Source: an uncultured virus (IMG/VR IMGVR_UViG_3300033417_000007) (lineage: Duplodnaviria; Heunggongvirae; Uroviricota; Caudoviricetes). From it: 64,000 nucleotides of DNA. Location of the stretch: IMG/VR virus record IMGVR_UViG_3300033417_000007, one strand, 5' to 3'. The notes beneath the pieces are model-generated. The model made no database searches and was not told the DNA's origin. It saw only the letters and a program-made list of their open reading frames with translations. Shown piece by piece: positions 46,207 through 56,363 of this stretch (its first letter is position 1; each line of letters starts with the position of its first letter). The translations under genes and the position numbers were made by a program.

Positions 46207-46863
46207 CTATCTTGAGTGCTTCCTACGGATCTCCCTGACCGCCTGATCATACGATAAATTTCCGGCGGAAATCCCCTGATCCAGGTAGTACGCGTGATAG
46301 TAGACGCCCGGGACGTAGACCCCAGAAAGTCCGCGCCCGAGCATCGTGAGCCAGACGTCCCAATCGACCAGGCGCTTGAGACTCTCGTCGTACCCCGGGA
46401 AGGCGTCGCGCCTCATCGGGCTCATGTTGGAGATGTAGTTCGACCGCTGCAGCACCCCCGCGTCGAAGGGGCGCGACCGCCTGAGCCGGACGGGGCCTCC
46501 AGGGTGCCGCGGAGCCTCGGGATGCACGATCTCAAGCGCATCGCAGTAGGCGTAGGCCACCGACGGCGGAGAATCCATGAGCGCCGATAGCAGTAGCGGC
46601 ACGAAGGCCTTTGACATCAGGCAGTCGTCGTCCCAGAAGAGGAGGTACTTCCCGGTCGCCCTTGCTGCGCCGGCGTTCCGCTTGGCGGACGCTCCCCCTT
46701 CCCCCTCAACCAGGATCAACTCCTTCGCCCCGCAATCCCGAAGGAGAGGATGAACGAAGTTGTTGAAGAAGTCCGCGCGGACCTCCCTGTCCGATTGGTG
46801 AGCGACCACGATCGACAGGTCGTAGTGCGCGCCCGGAACCTGGGTGACGTAGGGGTCAGCCAG
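46207..46863 (-). CDS. GT2 (GT-A) glycosyltransferase, probable CTG start
   Basis: DLSIVV, AKRNAGA, LLFWDDD, DWDVWL. Confidence 0.85.
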   Translation of the reverse strand: MADPYVTQVPGAHYDLSIVVAHQSDREVRADFFNNFVHPLLRDCGAKELILVEGEGGASAKRNAGAARATGKYLLFWDDDCLMSKAFVPLLLSALMDSPPSVAYAYCDALEIVHPEAPRHPGGPVRLRRSRPFDAGVLQRSNYISNMSPMRRDAFPGYDESLKRLVDWDVWLTMLGRGLSGVYVPGVYYHAYYLDQGISAGNLSYDQAVREIRRKHSR

Positions 46864-48113
46864 AGGTCACCTCAGCGACATTTTGGTCTCGAGGCGCTGG
46901 ATCGTCATCTCGGCCCCGTGCAACTCGAGCTTCAGCCGTTCTATTTCCAACTTCCTTTTGGACTCGTGGTACAGCGCCTCTGCCGCTCTCATTACGATCC
47001 CTTCTCGCTTGCCAAACCTCTTTCATTCGCCCGCTTATCTTGTCCCTGTAGGCTTGAGAGATCGGGCGATGGGTGCAAACACCTATAAATTTCCGGTCAG
47101 CGCACATCTTGCACGGCGGTCCTTCGTACTTCCCAACGGCACTTTGATTCATCGTTTAGCTCTTACAGGTTAGGTTCGTTCCGCCTCATCGGACACCCTT
47201 CCGCGTGATCGTACCGATCCTTCAGGCGGATCGGAAAGCAGTAGCAGTTGTCGGCGGCGGGTATCTGCATAACTCCCTTGTCTGTGACCGTCACGGGGTT
47301 GTAGGTGTACAGGCCGCCCGATCCCAGTCGGATTCCGTCGGGCGGCGGGACGCTACCATCGGGAGCTAGGATTTGCGGGGCCTGGTCCCGCTTTTCGATG
47401 ACGCCGATGGCGTCCGCCTTATCCAACAGCTTGCAAGCCGCGCACTTCCCGGAGCCCCCACAGTCGCAGGCTCGTCCTTGAAGCTGCTCGCAGATATCCT
47501 TAAGTTCGCAAACTTGAAGAAGCGCGGCGTCGAGACAGCCCCGGCAACAGAGGTCCGCTATGCCGTGCGTCTTGCAAATCGTGTGCATCGCTTGCCCCTT
47601 ATTCCTCTTTTTCGGCGACGACTCCCATAGCGGACTCCGCGATGCCGACCGCTTCCGTCCCGACGTGCTGTCGGACACCCGGGTAGTTCAGGAGGATGCG
47701 GATCGCCTTTCGCGCCTCGCTCAACTGAAGAAGTGCGGCATCCTTCTGGCGGTACGCCTCGTCGCGCTGCGCGATCAGCGCCTCCTTGTCCAGCTTGAGT
47801 TGAGCCACCTCGGCGCGGAGCTTGACGTTCTCTTTTCGAACTATGTCCGCAGCTTCAGCCAAGGATAGCTTTGTCGGATCTTTCATATTCACCAACTTCT
47901 CAACTGCGCTTACGCACCAGCCAGTCATTCACCGTCACATGGGTACCCGAGCACTTTGGGCACTCGAAGTCGATCTCGTCGTGATAGTGCGCGTTGAAGT
48001 GCGCTGTCGTCCTGATCTCCCCGTGCGGGCAGAAGAGGACGAATTTTCCGGCCCCTTTGTCGAAGAGTCCAGCCTCGTGCCCGCAGGAGTGACAGAATGC
48101 GTACATGCTTTCT

Positions 48114-48677
48114 TTAGTCCGTCATCCATCTGAGGATCTTCTTCGTCATAGCAACCGGCCACGGCAGCCCGAAGTCCCGGCGCTTGATCTTGGCGAACCT
48201 CCCGTCCGGATGGTGGAACACGATGCCCTCGATAACCTCCGACGTCAGGTAGGCGCGGAGTCCCTCGAACGTGCGCGGGACCTCACCCTTCACGATCAGC
48301 GCGGGATCTGGGGGCACGACCCGAACGAGAGTATGATTCGGGAAGCTCTCGGGGTTCCCCTGGATCTTCGGCCCCACGGCCTCGTAGATGCCGTCCAGCT
48401 TGGCCGGCAGCGCGTCGAAAGCCTCCCAGATGTACTTGTCGCCAGGATCTCCGCGCAGGGCCTCGGCGTAAGCCGCCTCGTCGTAGGGCTTGCCGTCCCT
48501 CGGCTTCTGGCGCTTGAAGAGCTTCCCACCCTCGAGCTTGACGTTCGTGCCGTCGAGCTTGCGGGTTGGGATTCCTTCGCCCGCTTCCACCCAGGCGCAT
48601 TCCGGCTTCACGCCAGGCGTGACAGGATGGCCTCGCTGAGCTTCGTCACGCGGGTACATCGTGGGGATCTTTTCCAT
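48114..48677 (-). CDS. RNA-ligase-like nucleotidyltransferase (DUF5565-like)
   Basis: TRKLDGTN adenylation motif, YEAVGPKIQGNP, EGIVFH, AKIKRRDFG. Confidence 0.75.
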   Translation of the reverse strand: MEKIPTMYPRDEAQRGHPVTPGVKPECAWVEAGEGIPTRKLDGTNVKLEGGKLFKRQKPRDGKPYDEAAYAEALRGDPGDKYIWEAFDALPAKLDGIYEAVGPKIQGNPESFPNHTLVRVVPPDPALIVKGEVPRTFEGLRAYLTSEVIEGIVFHHPDGRFAKIKRRDFGLPWPVAMTKKILRWMTD

Positions 48678-49833
48678 AGCCTTCCTTTCGCACTAGATCA
48701 AAACGACGACTCAAAACGAGTCACCCCATCTCCCTCAGAGGCGAAGTGACACAGCACCGCGTATCGCTCCATGGGCGACATGTGGTCGTAGTCCTCCTGC
48801 GGAATGTCTTGCCCTCTGGCGGCTGTCCTTGAGATTCCGCATCGGTCGATATACTTCACGCCGTCGTCGCTAAGGATCACCATGTGCTCTCCCACAAAAA
48901 GGTGACTACCTGGCCAACCTAGGTGGAGCGTTGCTGTTGACGGTGCAGCATCCACCCGTAGGGCGTCCACAGACGTGGCAGGGAGGCCTCGCCCTGCACG
49001 CACTCGGGCACCTCCCCCTTCTTCGCGGGCTTCGGGACCCCTTTCGGAAGCCAACTTTCAGGGATCGGCCCGAGAGCTCCGCGGTACTCCGGCAACGTCA
49101 CACGCCCTCCTTGAGGGAAGCCGCCTTCTTCGCGGGCCCCCGGACCACCATCATGGGCCTGCGCTCGATCAGGACGCCCTGCACGACGCCTGGGCCGATC
49201 TTGGCGTTGAGCACCGTCGCCGCGCGCTTCTGGTCGACGAAGTGCTCGTTCCCGTTCTCGTCCTTGACGGTCACCCACTGCCCATCGGACCTCTCGATCC
49301 AAACCTCCCAGTTGGGCTTCACTGGCCGCCGCGCCTCTTGATCGCGGGCGTGATGACCGGGCCGCGCGCCGCCGGCGTCTCGGGGAGATCCTCGTCGTCC
49401 ACGAAGTCCGACGCATACGTCAGGCAGAACGGGTGGATGGAGACCTCGGCGGTCTTCACCCAGGCGAGCTTCGGCCTCGGCGCATCGGCCACCGAGACGT
49501 CCTCGTCGATGTCCGGGGTGGGCGCGAAGAGGATCTCGCTGCCGGCGTCCCGGAAGGCGAGCACCTCGCCGTGGACGACCACGCCGTCCACCTCCCTCGA
49601 CCCAACCAGATTCCTGATGCACCACTGGATGTCGGCCATGAAAATCCTCCTTGCCTTCCTATAAGCGACACACTACTATTCATCCATGACGAGGGTCGGG
49701 AGATAGACCCAGGGCCCCTCGGGGCCCGAGCCTCTGTTTCCCCCTCTCTCCAGGGCCCGGTCCTTGTGACCGGGCTCCATTGCGCGGAGGCGGCGACCCC
49801 TCCGCGCAATCGAGCCTCGAGCCTTGGATCCCA

Positions 49834-50490
49834 TCACTGCGACCCCACCACAAGCCCAAGCCTGCCACCCCGCAAGACCCGAAGCTCCTCGAAGTACAGG
49901 TCGTCGATCGCGTGGCCCCATACGCCGTACCGGCGCCACTCGCTGTAGATCCGCCGGTACTCCTGGGCGATCATCCAGAGGACATACCCGAGCGGGGTCG
50001 CGCGGCCCTTGACGAGGGTCCCCTTCGGCGGCCTCCACGTCACGAGCGCCGGCCGGATCGACAGCTCGACGCCCATCGTCAGCGGGTAGGTGATCTGCAC
50101 CCGGTATGTTCTCACCCCAAGATCGGAAGCGAGATCCCGGACGCCGCGGATCACCCCGTGGATGAGCCGGCTTGCGTGGCCGACCGAAAGCTCCCCCACC
50201 GTGTCGACGTGGTGGTTGAGCAGGATCGTGTCGCCGACCTTGGACACGGCGCCTCGACGTTCGGTCCCCGGAACGATGTGGTGGAAGCTCGACACCGAGA
50301 TCTTCTCGAGCGTGCGCTTGTTCTCATGGTGCGCCATCACCGCCGTCACGAGCTCTCGGCGCTCGAGCCGGTTTTCCTTCGAGAGCTTGAACCGGATGTC
50401 CTGGCGCGAAACCCTCGTGTCCGTGTAGACGGGCGTCGTGCCCATGTTCTTTGGGCGCGGGCCCTTGGCGGGAGGCCAGTTCTCGAGCAT
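49834..50490 (-). CDS. Hypothetical protein
   Basis: Start overlaps the recombinase stop; YGVWGHAIDDLYFE near the C-terminus. Confidence 0.6.
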   Translation of the reverse strand: MLENWPPAKGPRPKNMGTTPVYTDTRVSRQDIRFKLSKENRLERRELVTAVMAHHENKRTLEKISVSSFHHIVPGTERRGAVSKVGDTILLNHHVDTVGELSVGHASRLIHGVIRGVRDLASDLGVRTYRVQITYPLTMGVELSIRPALVTWRPPKGTLVKGRATPLGYVLWMIAQEYRRIYSEWRRYGVWGHAIDDLYFEELRVLRGGRLGLVVGSQ

Positions 50491-51269
50491 CAGATCTTCC
50501 CAAGGACGGTTTCGATCGCGTCGTGGTTCGTGTGGACGTATCGCTTGGCCATCTCGAGCGTCGCCCACCCGAGCTGCTGCCGGACGAACCCCCAGTCCCC
50601 GCCGGCGGCGATCAACTGGCTGGCTCTCGTGTGCCGCAGAAGGTGGACGAGCGATGCGCGGTTGGGCTTTACGACGTCGAGAATCTTTTCGAGCTTACGC
50701 TGGAGCGTCCGGCGCGCGACCGGGAAGAGGAGGTCGTCGGGCCCCATCTTCTGGGCCCAGGTCTTCAGTTCCTCGGTGAAGTCGTCCTTGTTCGACAGAT
50801 ATACCCTGCGGACGGGCCTTCCGGCGCGCTTCAAGGTCGGGATCCGGATCGCCGAAAAGACCCCCTTCACGATCTCGAGGTTCGACCTGCGGACCAGAAG
50901 CGCCTCCTGCAGCCGGCATCCCGTCCTGGCGATGAACCGGATCGTGATTCCTTCCGGATTGTCGAGCTTCCTGGACGCCTTCATCATCCGCGCAAACTCG
51001 TCGTCCGAAAGGACGTAGCGGGGGTCGATCGCGGAGTCCATCGAGGCCGCCGACGCCCCGCGCGCGTACTTCGACCGGCAGCACCCCTCCACGCACGGAA
51101 CGCTCTTGTCGCGCCTGCCGGCGACCTTTACGATCTGGTGCTTACAGAGGTGCGACGGCAACGTGCAGACTCTCGCGCGACCCTTCCCCAGGCTGTACCT
51201 GGCAAGGAACTTCTTCCCGCAAACGTGGCAGGTCGACGGGATCCTGTAAAGAGGCCGCGACTTCTTCAT
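50490..51269 (-). CDS. Tyrosine recombinase with an N-terminal Cys-rich segment
   Basis: TGCRLQE (R), TLK (K), HLLRHT (HxxR), LGW, KRYVH (Y); CHVC...C...CC N-terminus. Confidence 0.92.
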   Translation of the reverse strand: MKKSRPLYRIPSTCHVCGKKFLARYSLGKGRARVCTLPSHLCKHQIVKVAGRRDKSVPCVEGCCRSKYARGASAASMDSAIDPRYVLSDDEFARMMKASRKLDNPEGITIRFIARTGCRLQEALLVRRSNLEIVKGVFSAIRIPTLKRAGRPVRRVYLSNKDDFTEELKTWAQKMGPDDLLFPVARRTLQRKLEKILDVVKPNRASLVHLLRHTRASQLIAAGGDWGFVRQQLGWATLEMAKRYVHTNHDAIETVLGKI

Positions 51270-51538
51270 CTACCTCACCCGACCGAGCGCCCAGGCCCCT
51301 TCCCGCAGCAGCTTCGCCTTGGCCTCGAGGGCGCCGGCGTCCACCAACATCTTCCTTGCGACGCGCCGAAACACAGACGTCACGTCGAAACCCTTGGAGG
51401 AGCGCGTTTTTCCGTGCTTTCCGAGGTGATGTCGGACCGTGTTCGGATGCACCTTGAGGCGCTTCGCGATCGCCAGGTACGTCAACCGGGCCTTTCGGAG
51501 CGACTTGATCTTCCTGACCTTCAGCTTGCTCATCGCCA
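51270..51538 (-). CDS. HTH DNA-binding protein
   Basis: LTYLAIAKRLKVHPNTVRHHL; AAGGAG SD. Confidence 0.75.
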
Positions 51539-52493
51539 TTCTCCTTATGTACTTTCCGACGAGGAAGGTGGGGCGTGGCACTAGAACATCTCCTCGCGCC
51601 AGAACGTCTCCAGCCTCTCAACCCTACCTCTCAAATCGTCGGTCTCTCCCCGCAGCCTCACCTCGCGCCAGAACGCCTCCAACTCCTCAACCCTAGCCCT
51701 CAAATCACTGATCTCTCTCCACAGTCTCTTGTTCGATAGATAGAATCCAAACGCAACGCCACAGCCGAATACGAGTAGCACAACCCATCCCAGAGGCCCG
51801 TTCATCACCATTCTCCCTGTCGACCTGGAGGATACTACCTCAAGAGCGGCACGAAAGCAATACAAATGTGCCAATGGTCTTTTGGGCGTTCGGGCCAGAC
51901 TGTCCCCCTAAGGCCCCTCCAGGCCGATCACCTGTGCGCCTTCGAACTTCGTCAGGATGATCGACAGCGCAGAAGCGGCCGACGCCCCGACCTTCGAGGC
52001 GACGGCTGCCGCGACGGGCGTCGTGGTTTGCCCCTTCGGGCCGACCGATACCCCGCTATCGGTCTTGACGGTGAGGCCGGTGGCCATGAACTCGGACGCC
52101 AGCATCACCCGGAACAGGCTATAGGGCCCCGTCGACGAGAAGTCGCGCTCGGCGTTCGCGACGTCCCCGTCAAGAAGCAGTTTCACCCACTGCCCACGCG
52201 CGATGCAGAACTTGTTGCGGACCGGACAAGCGCACTCCCCCTCGAGCGACCACCCCGCGCTACAGCGCAGGCCTTGGCGGTGAAGCACCCCCAGGATCTT
52301 TGCTCCCGCGAGCAGTCTCACCCGTGCGTCCTGCATCTCCATTCTCCTTCTTCACGACCACGCGCCACTTCGACGTCCCGTGCTTGCAGCGCACCCCGGA
52401 TGGAGTGCGGTAAACGACCACTTCCTTCTTGTCGTTGACTGCGGATCCGATCGGACCGCAGATTTCGCAGATGACGAGATGACGGCTCCCCAC

Positions 52494-52910
52494 CTAAAGG
52501 ACCATCCCCTGAACGACGAGGGGCTGGTTCTCGCCTGGGTACTGTCCCGACGGACACGCGTAGATCAGCCGATGACCGGGGTAGCTCTCGACTTCGGTCA
52601 GGCTGTAGCCCTGAGCCTGAAGCTGCTGCGTCTCGGCGAGCATCTGGTTTTCCTGGCCCGGGTAGACCGGGATCGTGCGGCACTGCGAAGTCGGATTCTG
52701 CCAACGGGGCGTGAGGCCCGGGTAGAGGTCGCGCTTGAGGCGCCTGGTCTGCTGGACCTTTCCGAGGCCGCTTCCTTGCGTCTGGAGGATCGTGAGGCCG
52801 GCCGCACGTCCAACGATCGCGCGCGCGACGTCGGAACGCCATCCCTCCCGGACGAGATCCCGGTGGAGGTCGAGGATCGCCTTGTACTGGCCGGCGCTCA
52901 GAGCCCTCAT
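52494..52910 (-). CDS. Protein with a virion-type helical leader and SGLG motif
   Basis: N-terminus aligns by eye with 35578-35934; starts 4 nt after the upstream stop. Confidence 0.65.
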   Translation of the reverse strand: MRALSAGQYKAILDLHRDLVREGWRSDVARAIVGRAAGLTILQTQGSGLGKVQQTRRLKRDLYPGLTPRWQNPTSQCRTIPVYPGQENQMLAETQQLQAQGYSLTEVESYPGHRLIYACPSGQYPGENQPLVVQGMVL

Positions 52911-53404
52911 CGCATCACCGCCCGTACCGACAGCCGTACCCACGACACTGATCTCCGCACACATGCCGCCTTCCGCGCCCCCGCACGGGCTCGACGGACG
53001 TGATGAGGGCATCGAACTGCTCGAAGGCCGGGAAGGACGTCTTGCACCGTGGGCAGACGACGGAGCCGTCTCCCATGAGAAGAGCCTCCTCCTGCTCCGC
53101 ATGTTCTTCGTCGTGTTCGTCGCAGTGAGGGCAGATGAGGGGGCCGTAGGCCCTGGTGTCGATCTTCAGTTTCGCGACGGGCGTGTCGGCATCCGGCATC
53201 GCATCTACCTCTTCGCTTCAGCGATCTTGGCTTCGATCAGGTGGACAAGCTCCTTGGCGCAGTCGAGGTGAATGGACTTGGAGACCTTGACGATCAACTT
53301 GAACGTGATTCGAAGCATCTTCGGGTGGGCGTCCTTCTTGATCTTCTCGTCGCAGACGACACACTCGGATTCCTCCGTGTCGACCGCCTGGACGTTGTCC
53401 ATGT

Positions 53405-55207
53405 TCAGCATGTCTGGGCCCCAAGCATCTCGAGCGCAGCCTCTACGATATCATCCGGTTCGATGTCCCGACAGATCCAATCGGAACACTTCTGCCAGGC
53501 CTTGGTCGACTGGCACGGAGAGCAGGGGAGCGGCCGGTAGATCTTCCGGAAACGACGTCCCACGGGTTCCCCTTTCACAGGGCTCGTGGCCGTGTAGATC
53601 ATGACGGTCGGGATCCCGAGCGACGCCCCCAGATGCGCCGCGCCGCTGTCGGTCCCGATGATGAACGCGCAACCCGCAAGCAGGTCCGGAAGAAGCTCGA
53701 TCGACGTTTTTCCCATGCAGTCGATCCCCACAAGACCTTCCCCGAGCGAGTCCCTGTCGGCTTGGGTGCCGATCAGCATCGGCACGTACCCGAGTGCCTC
53801 GATCTTCTTGGCGACCTCCCCCATGCGAGGGTACTTCTTGCGCTCCCACAGATCCCCAGGCTTGCATCCAGGGACGATCGCGGCTCCCTGGGTGAAGAGG
53901 CTGTCCGAAGGGGGCTTAAGGCCCCTGCACCACCCAGACACGTCGGGCTTCGATCCCTTCCAGCCGAAGCTGGATGCCATCTCAAGGAGTACGCTCCACT
54001 CTGGGGCGTGGTACAGGGATACGTGCTTCCACTTCGACTGGTGCGTCGGAGTGAACCCTCGCGCGCGCCAAGGACCACTCAGGTAGGCGTCGGCCGCAGG
54101 AAGAGTCCCGACGCCGGCCATCTCGACCACCTCATCCAAGTAGACGCACCTCTTCCATAATTCGGTCGTGGGCGAGTCGGTATCGACACACCCGACGATC
54201 TCGAGGCCGGTCGATTTCAGGGCATGAAGGAGCGGAAGGTTGAAGAGCGAGTTCCCGATCCCGCCGGCGAGGCTCACCGCGACGCGCTTCACCTCCCCAG
54301 ACGAGATCACGACGGACCCCGCGGCATCAGGCTCCCCGCGAAACACCCGCTCAATCAAGGAATGCCAGTAGGTCAGGTGCCGGTCGAGGGTGTGGGACAC
54401 CTCAAAATAACTCGAACGAGACCGCTTCTCCCGCAGCGCCTTCCTAAGGTGGTGGATGGCGACGTCCGGATCGTCCCGCTTCTTCCAGGGAAACGTGTGC
54501 ATCCCGCCGAACATGCCGACGAACCCGACGTCCGTCGATACGATCGGAAGCCCGCAAGCCTCCGCATCCGCCACCGCATAGGGAGCCCCCTCGGAAAGCG
54601 ACAGGCACAGGTACGCGTCGGCCTGCCGGTAGAAGTCTTCCCTGGATTTCTTCTCGGGCGCGAAGGCGAGTTGACGAAACTCGACGTCCCGCATCTTCGC
54701 CCGGATGCGCTCGATGGCAACCAACCCCTTGTTGGGGTTGCGCCAGTCGCCGATCACGACGGGGCGCACCCTGGACTCCGGCGTCCGCACGAACGGCTCC
54801 GCGTAGTTCGGGATTACGGTCGGACGATAGGGACGCCCGGCGGCCACCTTGCGGAACTCGCCGGCGATCCATTCGCTCGGGGCGACGTACCACCTGTTGG
54901 GCAGGCCGAACATCGCGTCTTGCGCTTCCACGAGGGCAAGCGTCTCAGGGGTCCTCCAGCTGGGGTCCCGCTCGTAGTGGGTCTTCGCACAGCCGTGATG
55001 AACCACCACCGTCCGGACCGACCCCGGGACATCGAGACTCAGGTGGTTGTCGGTGATGACGACGTCCGTTTTCGGGTCGAGATCTGAAGGAAGCTCCCTC
55101 ACGGACACAAGGTCCAGGAAGACCTGACGCAGCTCGAAGTCGAACCTGGGCACGCCGCTCCAGGCGCCGTCCTCGTACCGCGACCCGACGTAGCTGAAGA
55201 TCCTCAA
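53405..55207 (-). CDS. Fused glycosyltransferase (GT4-like plus GT9 heptosyltransferase-like)
   Basis: SEGAPYAVADAEACGLPIVSTDVG; GGIGNS, IGTDSGAAHLGASLGIPTV, CSPC; TTG start overlapping the upstream TGA. Confidence 0.9.
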   Translation of the reverse strand: MRIFSYVGSRYEDGAWSGVPRFDFELRQVFLDLVSVRELPSDLDPKTDVVITDNHLSLDVPGSVRTVVVHHGCAKTHYERDPSWRTPETLALVEAQDAMFGLPNRWYVAPSEWIAGEFRKVAAGRPYRPTVIPNYAEPFVRTPESRVRPVVIGDWRNPNKGLVAIERIRAKMRDVEFRQLAFAPEKKSREDFYRQADAYLCLSLSEGAPYAVADAEACGLPIVSTDVGFVGMFGGMHTFPWKKRDDPDVAIHHLRKALREKRSRSSYFEVSHTLDRHLTYWHSLIERVFRGEPDAAGSVVISSGEVKRVAVSLAGGIGNSLFNLPLLHALKSTGLEIVGCVDTDSPTTELWKRCVYLDEVVEMAGVGTLPAADAYLSGPWRARGFTPTHQSKWKHVSLYHAPEWSVLLEMASSFGWKGSKPDVSGWCRGLKPPSDSLFTQGAAIVPGCKPGDLWERKKYPRMGEVAKKIEALGYVPMLIGTQADRDSLGEGLVGIDCMGKTSIELLPDLLAGCAFIIGTDSGAAHLGASLGIPTVMIYTATSPVKGEPVGRRFRKIYRPLPCSPCQSTKAWQKCSDWICRDIEPDDIVEAALEMLGAQTC

Positions 55208-55818
55208 AGGGAAACTCCACCGAACAGGACCACCCCGATACGCCCCAACGTCCCGGGAAGATATGTCCCACCGCGCTCCATGATGACGGCTGGAACGCCG
55301 CCGTCCCCATGGGAATCCGGATGCTGGATCGACGCGTCGTCGAAAAATACCACCCCAGGTCCATCCCCAATATCTTCCGCGGCACATTCGTACTCAGCGC
55401 CCGCGCTGGAGAAGGAGTGGTTCCCGTCGATCAGCCACACATTCGGAGTCGCTTCTACGGGGAACGCCCTTCGGTGGCCCTTATTCCTCAGAAGACCGGT
55501 CGAATCCCCCGTCATAAATTCCGCCACTCCATCGAGTCCGGCCGTCTCCAGAAACATCCGGCCCGCCAAAGACGCGACAGGGTCGATGTCGACCGAGACG
55601 AGACGGCACTCCCTCTCCTGCGCCGCCGCCGCAAGCCAAAGCGCGCTCCACCCACGATACGTCCCGATCTCCACAATCCCCCTGACGTGGATCGGAAGAG
55701 TGCAAATCACGCGGTATAGAAGTTCGATCTCGAACCTCGGAATGGAACGCTTCGTCCGATTGGAAATCTCTTCCTCGGAAACGCTACAGAGAAACCTACG
55801 GATGTCGACGAGTTTCAT
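55204..55818 (-). CDS. Class I SAM-dependent methyltransferase (Methyltransf_24-like)
   Basis: VEIGTYRGWS, SVDID, GDS, IDGNHS, FDD. Confidence 0.88.
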   Translation of the reverse strand: MKLVDIRRFLCSVSEEEISNRTKRSIPRFEIELLYRVICTLPIHVRGIVEIGTYRGWSALWLAAAAQERECRLVSVDIDPVASLAGRMFLETAGLDGVAEFMTGDSTGLLRNKGHRRAFPVEATPNVWLIDGNHSFSSAGAEYECAAEDIGDGPGVVFFDDASIQHPDSHGDGGVPAVIMERGGTYLPGTLGRIGVVLFGGVSL

Positions 55819-56363
55819 TTCGGAGCCTCCGCGACGACCCGGATCGACGGTCCCCACTGCGGGTTGGAGTGGACCGGAGCTTCGGCCCGGACCGACACGA
55901 ACTTCGCCTCCTTGAGTTCCATCACGAGCCTCGGAGCGTCCCACCAGGACCCGTTCATCTGCCCGGGATGTTCGTGGGTTCCACCGAACAGCGTGTGCCA
56001 GCTACGATGCGAGAGCGCCGAAGCGGGCTTCTTGACGAAACGATTGGCGGCGCTGTCGGTCCAAGTCCACCCCGCTTCATGCCAGGCGACGTATTCCCTG
56101 GCGATCGCGAGAATGTCGGGACACTCGACGGAGAGCTTCCCGCCCGGCGCCATCGCGCGACGCCAGTGCCGCAGCATCTTCGGCACGTCCCTGTGGCTGA
56201 TGTGCTCGATCAGGTGGAGCGACTCGAGTTCCGTAATCGAGCCGTCCCTGAACGTCGCGAGCGTCCGGGCATCGTCCTTGATGACGGTCTCGGAACGCGG
56301 GTAGAGGTCTACGTTGAGCCATCCAGGCCGGATGTTCTGCGAGCACCCGAGGAAAACCTTCAT
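55815..56363 (-). CDS. Class I SAM-dependent methyltransferase
   Basis: LGCS..GWLNVD, HLIEHI, APGG...PD. Confidence 0.85.
   Translation of the reverse strand: MKVFLGCSQNIRPGWLNVDLYPRSETVIKDDARTLATFRDGSITELESLHLIEHISHRDVPKMLRHWRRAMAPGGKLSVECPDILAIAREYVAWHEAGWTWTDSAANRFVKKPASALSHRSWHTLFGGTHEHPGQMNGSWWDAPRLVMELKEAKFVSVRAEAPVHSNPQWGPSIRVVAEAPK

Noticed and set aside
51593..51720. Imperfect direct repeat as an att site near the recombinase
   Set aside because: It is an in-frame coding duplication (DLR.RVE.LE.FWRE x2) within a small membrane protein gene.
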